Shown here: in pieces, positions 53,491-64,000 of the stretch
Layout: each line of letters begins with the position of its first letter
How positions within the stretch are numbered: the stretch's first letter is position 1
Assembly (NCBI RefSeq): GCF_009914755.1
Contig: NC_060934.1
Source of the DNA: the human T2T-CHM13v2.0 reference genome, Homo sapiens
DNA length: 64,000 bases
Strand: one strand, 5' to 3'
Position numbers and translations under genes: made by a program
The notes under the pieces: model-generated
What the model saw: only the letters and a program-made list of their open reading frames with translations
What the model was told of the DNA's origin: nothing
Databases searched by the model: none

Positions 53491-56400
53491 GGGATTTCTC
53501 ATTTACTGCTAGACAGAAGAATTCTCAGTAAATCCTTTGTGTTGTGTGTATTCAACTCACAGAGTGGAACCTTCCTTTATTCAGAGCAGTTTTGAAACAC
53601 TCTTTTTGTGGAATTTGCAAGTGGAGATTTCAAGCGATTTGACGCCAATCTTAGACATGGAAATATCTTCATATTAAAAGTACACAGAGTCATTCGTAGA
53701 AACTAGTTTGTGATGTGTGCCTTCAACTCACAGAGTTTAACCTTTCTTTTCATAGAGCAGTTGGGAAACACTCTATTTGTAAAGTCTGCAAGTGGATATT
53801 TGGACCTCTTTGAGGCCTTCGTTGGAAACGGGATTGCTTCATATAACGCTAGACAGAAGAATTCTCAGTAACTTCTTTGTGTTGTGTGTATTCAACTCAC
53901 AGAGTTGAACCTTTCTTTAGAGGGAGCAGAGGTGAAACACTCTTTTTGTGGAATTTGCTAGTGTAGATTTCAAACGCTTCGAAGACAGTGATAGAAAAGG
54001 ATATATCTTCGTATTAAAAGTAGACAAAATCATTCTCAGAAAACTCTTTGTGATGTGTGTGTTCAACTCACAGAGTTTAACCTTTCTTTAATCGAGCAGT
54101 TTGGAAATACACTCTTTTTAAGTCTGCAGGTGGATATTTGGCCCTCTTTGAGCCCTTCGTTGGAAACGGGATTTCCTCATATAATGCTAGACAGAAGAAT
54201 TCTCAGTAACTTCTTTGTGTTGTTTGTATTCAACACACAGATTTGAACCTTCCTTTAGAGAGAGCAGATTTGAAACACTCTGTTTTTGGAATTTGCAAGT
54301 GCAGATTTCAAGCGCTTCTAGGCCTATGGCAGAAAAGGAAATATCTTCGTATAAAAACTACACAGAATCATTCTCAACAACTACTTTGTGATGTGTGCGT
54401 TCAACTCACAGAGTTTAACCTTTCTTTTCATAGAGCAGTTTGGAAACACTCTGTTTGTAAAGCCTGCAAGTGCTTTTTTGGACTTCATTGAGGCCTTCGT
54501 TGGAAACGGGATTTCTTCATATAATGCTAGACAGAAGAATTCTCAGTCACTTCTTTGTGTTGTGTGTATTCAAGTCACAGAGTTGAACCTTCCTTTAGAC
54601 AGAGCAGTTTTGAAAAATTCTTTCTGTGGAGTTTGCAAGTGGAGATTTCAAGCGATTTGAGGCTAATCTTTGAAATGGAAATATCTTCGTGTAAAAACTA
54701 CACAGAATCATTCTCAGAAACTGCTTTGTCATCTGTGCGTTCAGTTCACAGAGTTTCACCTTTCTCTTCATAGAGCAGTTTGGAAAGACTCTGTCTGTAA
54801 AGTCTGCAAGTGATTAGTTAGACCCCTTTGAGGCCTTCGTTGGAAGCGGGATTTCTCATTTACTGCTAGACAGAAGAATTCTCAGTAAATCCTTTGTGTT
54901 GTGTGTATTCAACTCACAGAGTGGAACCTTCCTTTATTCAGAGCAGTTTTGAAAAACTCTTTTTGTGGAATTTGCAAGTGGAGATTTCAAGCGATTTGAC
55001 GCCAATCTTAGACATGGAAATGTCTTCATATTAAAAGTACACAGAGTCATTCGTAGAAACTAGTTTGTGATGTGTGCCTTCAACTCACAGAGTTTAACCT
55101 TTCTTTTCATAGAGCAGTTGGGAAACACTCTATTTGTAAAGTCTGCAAGTGGATATTTGGACCTCTTTGAGGCCTTCGTTGGAAACGGGATTTCTTCATA
55201 CAACGCTAGAGAGAAGAATTCTCAGTAACTTCTTTGTGTTGTGTGTATTCAACTCACAGAGTTGAACCTTTCTTTAGAGAGAGCAGAGTTGAAACACTCT
55301 GTTTTTGGAATTTGCAAGTGCAGATTTCAAGCGCTTCTAGGCCTATGGCAGAAAAGGAAATATCTTCGTATAAAAACTACACAGAATCATTCTCAACAAC
55401 TACTTTGTGATGTGTGCGTTCAACTCACAGAGTTTAACCTTTCTTTTCATAGAGCAGTTTGGAAACACTCTGTTTGTAAAGCCTGCAAGTGCTTTTTTGG
55501 ACTTCATTGAGGCCTTCGTTGGAAACGGGATTTCTTCATGTAATGCTAGACAGAAGAATTCTCAGTCACTTCTTTGTGTTGTGTGTATTCAAGTCACAGA
55601 GTTGAACCTTCCTTTAGACAGAGCAGTTTTGAAAAATTCTTTCTGTGGAATTTGCAAGTGGAGATTTCAAGCGATTTGAGGCTAATCTTTGAAATGGAAA
55701 TATCTTCGTGTAAAAACTACACAGAATCATTCTCAGAAACTGCTTTGTCATCTGTGCGTTCAGTTCACAGAGTTTCACCTTTCTCTTCATAGAGCAGTTT
55801 GGAAAGACTCTGTCTGTAAAGTCTGCAAGTGATTAGTTAGACCCCTTTGAGGCCTTCGTTGGAAGCGGGATTTCTCATTTACTGCTAGACAGAAGAATTC
55901 TCAGTAAATCCTTTGTGTTGTGTGTATTCAACTCACAGAGTGGAACCTTCCTTTATTCAGAGCAGTTTTGAAACACTCTTTTTGTGGAATTTGCAAGTGG
56001 AGATTTCAAGCGATTTGACGCCAATCTTAGACATGGAAATATCTTCATATTAAAAGTACACAGAGTCATTCGTAGAAACTAGTTTGTGATGTGTGCCTTC
56101 AACTCACAGAGTTTAACCTTTCTTTTCATAGAGCAGTTGGGAAACACTCTATTTGTAAAGTCTGCAAGTGGATATTTGGACCTCTTTGAGGCCTTCGTTG
56201 GAAACGGGATTTCTTCATATAACGCTAGACAGAAGAATTCTCAGTAACTTCTTTGTGTTGTGTGTATTCAACTCACAGAGTTGAACCTTTCTTTAGAGGG
56301 AGCAGAGGTGAAACACTCTTTTTGTGGAATTTGCTAGTGTAGATTTCAAACGCTTCGAAGACAGTGATAGAAAAGGATATATCTTCGTATTAAAAGTAGA

Positions 56401-56896
56401 CAAAATCATTCTCAGAAAACTCTTTGTGATGTGTGTGTTCAACTCACAGAGTTTAACCTTTCTTTAATCGAGCAGTTTGGAAATACACTCTTTGTAAGTC
56501 TGCAGGTGGATATTTGGCCCTCTTTGAGCCCTTCGTTGGAAACGGGATTTCCTCATATAATGCTAGACAGAAGAATTCTCAGTAACTTCTTTGTGTTGTT
56601 TGTATTCAACACACAGATTTGAACCTTCCTTTAGAGAGAGCAGATTTGAAACACTCTGTTTTTGGAATTTGCAAGTGCAGATTTCAAGCGCTTCTAGGCC
56701 TATGGCAGAAAAGGAAATATCTTCGTATAAAAACTACACAGAATCATTCTCAACAACTACTTTGTGATGTGTGCGTTCAACTCACAGAGTTTAACCTTTC
56801 TTTTCATAGAGCAGTTTGGAAACACTCTGTTTGTAAAGCCTGCAAGTGCTTTTTTGGACTTCATTGAGGCCTTCGTTGGAAACGGGATTTCTTCAT

Positions 56897-59800
56897 GTAA
56901 TGCTAGACAGAAGAATTCTCAGTCACTTCTTTGTGTTGTGTGTATTCAAGTCACAGAGTTGAACCTTCCTTTAGACAGAGCAGTTTTGAAAAATTCTTTC
57001 TGTGGAATTTGCAAGTGGAGATTTCAAGCGATTTGAGGCTAATCTTTGAAATGGAAATATCTTCGTGTAAAAACTACACAGAATCATTCTCAGAAACTGC
57101 TTTGTCATCTGTGCGTTCAGTTCACAGAGTTTCACCTTTCTCTTCATAGAGCAGTTTGGAAAGACTCTGTCTGTAAAGTCTGCAAGTGATTAGTTAGACC
57201 CCTTTGAGGCCTTCGTTGGAAGCGGGATTTCTCATTTACTGCTAGACAGAAGAATTCTCAGTAAATCCTTTGTGTTGTGTGTATTCAACTCACAGAGTGG
57301 AACCTTCCTTTATTCAGAGCAGTTTTGAAACACTCTTTTTGTGGAATTTGCAAGTGGAGATTTCAAGCGATTTGACGCCAATCTTAGACATGGAAATATC
57401 TTCATATTAAAAGTACACAGAGTCATTCGTAGAAACTAGTTTGTGATGTGTGCCTTCAACTCACAGAGTTTAACCTTTCTTTTCATAGAGCAGTTTGGAA
57501 ACACTCTATTTGTAAAGTCTGCAAGTGGATATTTGGACCTCTTTGAGGCCTTCGTTGGAAACGGGATTTCTTCATATAACGCTAGACAGAAGAATTCTCA
57601 GTAACTTCTTTGTGTTGTGTGTATTCAACTCACAGAGTTGAACCTTTCTTTAGAGGGAGCAGAGGTGAAACACTCTTTTTGTGGAATTTGCTAGTGTAGA
57701 TTTCAAACGCTTCGAAGACAGTGATAGAAAAGGATATATCTTCGTATTAAAAGTAGACAAAATCATTCTCAGAAAACTCTTTGTGATGTGTGTGTTCAAC
57801 TCACAGAGTTTAACCTTTCTTTAATCGAGCAGTTTGGAAATACACTCTTTGTAAGTCTGCAGGTGGATATTTGGCCCTCTTTGAGCCCTTCGTTGGAAAC
57901 GGGATTTCCTCATATAATGCTAGACAGAAGAATTCTCAGTAACTTCTTTGTGTTGTTTGTATTCAACACACAGATTTGAACCTTCCTTTAGAGAGAGCAG
58001 ATTTGAAGCACTCTGTTTTTGGAATTTGCAAGTGCAGATTTCAAGCGCTTCTAGGCCTATGGCAGAAAAGGAAATATCTTCGTATAAAAACTACACAGAA
58101 TCATTCTCAACAACTACTTTGTGATGTGTGCGTTCAACTCACAGAGTTTAACCTTTCTTTTCATAGAGCAGTTTGGAAACACTCTGTTTGTAAAGCCTGC
58201 AAGTGCTTTTTTGGACTTCATTGAGGCCTTCGTTGGAAACGGGATTTCTTCATATAATGCTAGACAGAAGAATTCTCAGTCACTTCTTTGTGTTGTGTGT
58301 ATTCAAGTCACAGAGTTGAACCTTCCTTTAGACAGAGCAGTTTTGAAAAATTCTTTCTGTGGAGTTTGCAAGTGGAGATTTCAAGCGATTTGAGGCTAAT
58401 CTTTGAAATGGAAATATCTTCGTGTAAAAACTACACAGAATCATTCTCAGAAACTGCTTTGTCATCTGTGCGTTCAGTTCACAGAGTTTCACCTTTCTCT
58501 TCATAGAGCAGTTTGGAAAGACTCTGTCTGTAAAGTCTGCAAGTGATTAGTTAGACCCCTTTGAGGCCTTCGTTGGAAGCGGGATTTCTCATTTACTGCT
58601 AGACAGAAGAATTCTCAGTAAATCCTTTGTGTTGTGTGTATTCAACTCACAGAGTGGAACCTTCCTTTATTCAGAGCAGTTTTGAAAAACACTTTTTGTG
58701 GAATTTGCAAGTGGAGATTTCAAGCGATTTGACGCCAATCTTAGACATGGAAATATCTTCATATTAAAAGTACACAGAGTCATTCGTAGAAACTAGTTTG
58801 TGATGTGTGCCTTCAACTCACAGAGTTTAACCTTTCTTTTCATAGAGCAGTTTGGAAACACTCTATTTGTAAAGTCTGCAAGTGGATATTTGGACCTCTT
58901 TGAGGCCTTCGTTGGAAACGGGATTTCTTCATACAACGCTAGACAGAAGAATTCTCAGTAACTTCTTTGTGTTGTGTGTATTCAACTCACAGAGTTGAAC
59001 CTTTCTTTAGAGAGAGCAGAGTTGAAACACTCTGTTTTTGGAATTTGCAACTGCAGATTTCAAGCGATTCTTGGCCTATGGCAGAAAAGGAAATATCTTC
59101 GTATAAAAACTACACAGAATCATTCTCAACAACTACTTTGTGATGTGTGCGTTCAACTCACAGAGATTAACCTTTCTTTTCATAGAGCAGTTTGGAAACA
59201 CTCTGTTTGTAAAGCCTGCAAGTGCTTTTTTGGACTTCATTGAGGCCTTCGTTGGAAACGGGATTTCTTCATGTAATGCTAGACAGAAGAATTCTCAGTC
59301 ACTTCTTTGTGTTGTGTGTATTCAAGTCACAGAGTTGAACCTTCCTTTAGACAGAGCAGTTTTGAAAAATTCTTTCTGTGGAGTTTGCAAGTGGAGATTT
59401 CAAGCGATTTGAGGCTAATCTTTGAAATGGAAATATCTTCGTGTAAAAACTACACAGAATCATTCTCAGAAACTGCTTTGTCATCTGTGCGTTCAGTTCA
59501 CAGAGTTTCACCTTTCTCTTCATAGAGCAGTTTGGAAAGACTCTGTCTGTAAAGTCTGCAAGTGATTAGTTAGACCCCTTTGAGGCCTTCGTTGGAAGCG
59601 GGATTTCTCATTTACTGCTAGACAGAAGAATTCTCAGTAAATCCTTTGTGTTGTGTGTATTCAACTCACAGAGTGGAACCTTCCTTTATTCAGAGCAGTT
59701 TTGAAACACTCTTTTTGTGGAATTTGCAAGTGGAGATTTCAAGCGATTTGACGCCAATCTTAGACATGGAAATATCTTCATATTAAAAGTACACAGAGTC

Positions 59801-62800
59801 ATTCGTAGAAAGTAGTTTGTGATGTGTGCCTTCAACTCACAGAGTTTAACCTTTCTTTTCATAGAGCAGTTGGGAAACACTCTATTTGTAAAGTCTGCAA
59901 GTGGATATTTGGACCTCTTTGAGGCCTTCGTTGGAAACGGGATTTCTTCATATAACGCTAGACAGAAGAATTCTCAGTAACTTCTTTGTGTTGTGTGTAT
60001 TCAACTCACAGAGTTGAACCTTTCTTTAGAGGGAGCAGAGGTGAAACACTCTTTTTGTGGAATTTGCTAGTGTAGATTTCAAACGCTTCGAAGACAGTGA
60101 TAGAAAAGGATATATCTTCGTATTAAAAGTAGACAAAATCATTCTCAGAAAACTCTTTGTGATGTGTGTGTTCAACTCACAGAGTTTAACCTTTCTTTAA
60201 TCGAGCAGTTTGGAAATACACTCTTTGTAAGTCTGCAGGTGGATATTTGGCCCTCTTTGAGCCCTTCGTTGGAAACGGGATTTCCTCATATAATGCTAGA
60301 CAGAAGAATTCTCAGTAACTTCTTTGTGTTGTTTGTATTCAACACACAGATTTGAACCTTCCTTTAGAGAGAGCAGATTTGAAACACTCTGTTTTTGGAA
60401 TTTGCAAGTGCAGATTTCAAGCGCTTCTAGGCCTATGGCAGAAAAGGAAATATCTTCGTATAAAAACTACACAGAATCATTCTCAACAACTACTTTGTGA
60501 TGTGTGCGTTCAACTCACAGAGTTTAACCTTTCTTTTCATAGAGCAGTTTGGAAACACTCTGTTTGTAAAGCCTGCAAGTGCTTTTTTGGACTTCATTGA
60601 GGCCTTCGTTGGAAACGGGATTTCTTCATATAATGCTAGACAGAAGAATTCTCAGTCACTTCTTTGTGTTGTGTGTATTCAAGTCACAGAGTTGAACCTT
60701 CCTTTAGACAGAGCAGTTTTGAAAAATTCTTTCTGTGGAGTTTGCAAGTGGAGATTTCAAGCGATTTGAGGCTAATCTTTGAAATGGAAATATCTTCGTG
60801 TAAAAACTACACAGAATCATTCTCAGAAACTGCTTTGTCATCTGTGCGTTCAGTTCACAGAGTTTCACCTTTCTCTTCATAGAGCAGTTTGGAAAGACTC
60901 TGTCTGTAAAGTCTGCAAGTGATTAGTTAGACCCCTTTGAGGCCTTCGTTGGAAGCGGGATTTCTCATTTACTGCTAGACAGAAGAATTCTCAGTAAATC
61001 CTTTGTGTTGTGTGTATTCAACTCACAGAGTGGAACCTTCCTTTATTCAGAGCAGTTTTGAAACACTCTTTTTGTGGAATTTGCAAGTGGAGATTTCAAG
61101 CGATTTGACGCCAATCTTAGACATGGAAATATCTTCATATTAAAAGTACACAGAGTCATTCGTAGAAACTAGTTTGTGATGTGTGCCTTCAACTCACAGA
61201 GTTTAACCTTTCTTTTCATAGAGCAGTTGGGAAACACTCTATTTGTAAAGTCTGCAAGTGGATATTTGGACCTCTTTGAGGCCTTCGTTGGAAACGGGAT
61301 TTCTTCATATAACGCTAGACAGAAGAATTCTCAGTAACTTCTTTGTGTTGTGTGTATTCAACTCACAGAGTTGAACCTTTCTTTAGAGGGAGCAGAGGTG
61401 AAACACTCTTTTTGTGGAATTTGCTAGTGTAGATTTCAAACGCTTCGAAGACAGTGATAGAAAAGGATATATCTTCGTATTAAAAGTAGACAAAATCATT
61501 CTCAGAAAACTCTTTGTGATGTGTGTGTTCAACTCACAGAGTTTAACCTTTCTTTAATCGAGCAGTTTGGAAATACACTCTTTGTAAGTCTGCAGGTGGA
61601 TATTTGGCCCTCTTTGAGCCCTTCGTTGGAAACGGGATTTCCTCATATAATGCTAGACAGAAGAATTCTCAGTAACTTCTTTGTGTTGTTTGTATTCAAC
61701 ACACAGATTTGAACCTTCCTTTAGAGAGAGCAGATTTGAAGCACTCTGTTTTTGGAATTTGCAAGTGCAGATTTCAAGCGCTTCTAGGCCTATGGCAGAA
61801 AAGGAAATATCTTCGTATAAAAACTACACAGAATCATTCTCAACAACTACTTTGTGATGTGTGCGTTCAACTCACAGAGTTTAACCTTTCTTTTCATAGA
61901 GCAGTTTGGAAACACTCTGTTTGTAAAGCCTGCAAGTGCTTTTTTGGACTTCATTGAGGCCTTCGTTGGAAACGGGATTTCTTCATATAATGCTAGACAG
62001 AAGAATTCTCAGTCACTTCTTTGTGTTGTGTGTATTCAAGTCACAGAGTTGAACCTTCCTTTAGACAGAGCAGTTTTGAAAAATTCTTTCTGTGGAGTTT
62101 GCAAGTGGAGATTTCAAGCGATTTGAGGCTAATCTTTGAAATGGAAATATCTTCGTGTAAAAACTACACAGAATCATTCTCAGAAACTGCTTTGTCATCT
62201 GTGCGTTCAGTTCACAGAGTTTCACCTTTCTCTTCATAGAGCAGTTTGGAAAGACTCTGTCTGTAAAGTCTGCAAGTGATTAGTTAGACCCCTTTGAGGC
62301 CTTCGTTGGAAGCGGGATTTCTCATTTACTGCTAGACAGAAGAATTCTCAGTAAATCCTTTGTGTTGTGTGTATTCAACTCACAGAGTGGAACCTTCCTT
62401 TATTCAGAGCAGTTTTGAAAAACACTTTTTGTGGAATTTGCAAGTGGAGATTTCAAGCGATTTGACGCCAATCTTAGACATGGAAATATCTTCATATTAA
62501 AAGTACACAGAGTCATTCGTAGAAACTAGTTTGTGATGTGTGCCTTCAACTCACAGAGTTTAACCTTTCTTTTCATAGAGCAGTTTGGAAACACTCTATT
62601 TGTAAAGTCTGCAAGTGGATATTTGGACCTCTTTGAGGCCTTCGTTGGAAACGGGATTTCTTCATACAACGCTAGACAGAAGAATTCTCAGTAACTTCTT
62701 TGTGTTGTGTGTATTCAACTCACAGAGTTGAACCTTTCTTTAGAGAGAGCAGAGTTGAAACACTCTGTTTTTGGAATTTGCAACTGCAGATTTCAAGCGA

Positions 62801-64000
62801 TTCTTGGCCTATGGCAGAAAAGGAAATATCTTCGTATAAAAACTACACAGAATCATTCTCAACAACTACTTTGTGATGTGTGCGTTCAACTCACAGAGTT
62901 TAACCTTTCTTTTCATAGAGCAGTTTGGAAACACTCTGTTTGTAAAGCCTGCAAGTGCTTTTTCGGACTTCATTGAGGCCTTCGTTGGAAACGGGATTTC
63001 TTCATGTAATGCTAGACAGAAGAATTCTCAGTCACTTCTTTGTGTTGTGTGTATTCAAGTCACAGAGTTGAACCTTCCTTTAGACAGAGCAGTTTTGAAA
63101 AATTCTTTCTGTGGAGTTTGCAAGTGGAGATTTCAAGCGATTTGAGGCTAATCTTTGAAATGGAAATATCTTCGTGTAAAAACTACACAGAATCATTCTC
63201 AGAAACTGCTTTGTCATCTGTGCGTTCAGTTCACAGAGTTTCACCTTTCTCTTCATAGAGCAGTTTGGAAAGACTCTGTCTGTAAAGTCTGCAAGTGATT
63301 AGTTAGACCCCTTTGAGGCCTTCGTTGGAAGCGGGATTTCTCATTTACTGCTAGACAGAAGAATTCTCAGTAAATCCTTTGTGTTGTGTGTATTCAACTC
63401 ACAGAGTGGAACCTTCCTTTATTCAGAGCAGTTTTGAAAAACACTTTTTGTGGAATTTGCAAGTGGAGATTTCAAGCGATTTGACGCCAATCTTAGACAT
63501 GGAAATATCTTCATATTAAAAGTACACAGAGTCATTCGTAGAAACTAGTTTGTGATGTGTGCCTTCAACTCACAGAGTTTAACCTTTCTTTTCATAGAGC
63601 AGTTTGGAAACACTCTATTTGTAAAGTCTGCAAGTGGATATTTGGACCTCTTTGAGGCCTTCGTTGGAAACGGGATTTCTTCATACAACGCTAGACAGAA
63701 GAATTCTCAGTAACTTCTTTGTGTTGTGTGTATTCAACTCACAGAGTTGAACCTTTCTTTAGAGAGAGCAGAGTTGAAACACTCTGTTTTTGGAATTTGC
63801 AACTGCAGATTTCAAGCGATTCTTGGCCTATGGCAGAAAAGGAAATATCTTCGTATAAAAACTACACAGAATCATTCTCAACAACTACTTTGTGATGTGT
63901 GCGTTCAACTCACAGAGATTAACCTTTCTTTTCATAGAGCAGTTTGGAAACACTCTGTTTGTAAAGCCTGCAAGTGCTTTTTTGGACTTCATTGAGGCCT
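56897..64000 (+). repeat. Third copy of part of the 19.3-kb block (offset 13,233 bp from ~43664-50767)
   Basis: Markers recur at +13233: minus-strand ORFs 46453/59686, TTTTCGGAC (ORFs 49640/62873), GAGATTAAC (ORFs 45741/58974 and 50493/63726), GAAGCACTC, and a 6-6 doublet. Confidence 0.88.

Larger units (their letters stand above)
1..64000 (+). repeat. Alpha-satellite HOR array, SF1 dimeric type with mixed 8-mer and 6-mer HORs; probably human chromosome 10 D10Z1 (live centromeric array)
   Basis: Tandem ~170-bp monomers carry alphoid motifs (CATTCTCAGAAACT, TTCAACTCACAGAG, TTTGAAACACTCT). A CENP-B box and a GAATTC recur every 338-340 bp. Homologous ORFs recur at 1357 or 1019 bp spacing to the window end. 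The chromosome call rests on my recall that D10Z1 has RsaI-defined 8-mer (~1.35 kb) and 6-mer (~1.0 kb) units. Confidence is ~0.99 for alpha satellite and ~0.75 for chromosome 10; D12Z3 is another SF1 8-mer. Confidence 0.98.

Noticed and set aside
439-63995. Many 63-124 aa ORFs recurring through the window
   Set aside because: They are overlapping chance frames in alpha satellite, mostly opening at GTG/TTG codons, with no recognisable domain. They recur only because the DNA repeats. I used them only as positional markers.
201-64000. CRISPR-like regularly spaced conserved motif
   Set aside because: The motif is the CENP-B box. The intervening sequence is itself repeated rather than unique spacers, and there are no cas genes.
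1-64000. Transposon insertion, inversion or non-alphoid island
   Set aside because: HOR spacings account for every base between 939 and 63040 (21x1019 + 28x1357 + 2x1353 = 62101), all in one orientation.
1-64000. 8/6 order as a Fibonacci-like or information-bearing code
   Set aside because: The 8888 and 66 runs break any such rule, and nested duplications with shared SNVs explain the order.
1-64000. Claim that this window is the kinetochore site (CENP-A domain / centromere dip region)
   Set aside because: That needs methylation or chromatin data. Homogeneity and intact boxes only indicate a live-type array.
1-64000. Synthetic or modelled array (GRCh38 centromere model, HAC construct)
   Set aside because: Long-range phased rare markers over 12-19 kb plus private SNVs look like a real long-read assembly. 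This cannot be fully excluded without provenance.

Overview
The whole 64 kb window is one uninterrupted, single-orientation array of primate (almost certainly human) centromeric alpha-satellite DNA. The ~170-bp monomers alternate as A/B dimers of 338-340 bp, each with one CENP-B box and one EcoRI site, which is suprachromosomal family 1 (SF1) organisation. Two higher-order repeats (HORs) are intermixed: an 8-mer of 1357 bp (31 copies) and a 6-mer of 1019 bp (22 copies, the last truncated), each with one RsaI site. This best fits the active chromosome 10 array D10Z1 (S1C10H1L), an assignment made from recall and not verified by alignment. I found no genes, RNA genes, transposons or inversions; all listed ORFs are chance frames in the repeat. 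I see no new gene-based system. The interest is in the array's architecture: a 6109-bp '8-8-6-8-6' super-period, nested near-identical duplications at offsets of 12,556, 19,342, 13,233 and 9,504 bp, a ~100-140 bp out-of-register conversion tract, two 6-mer lineages, a cluster of five private transversions, one inactivated CENP-B box and one 4-bp deletion. Variants were read by eye with help from the ORF track, so variant counts are minimums.
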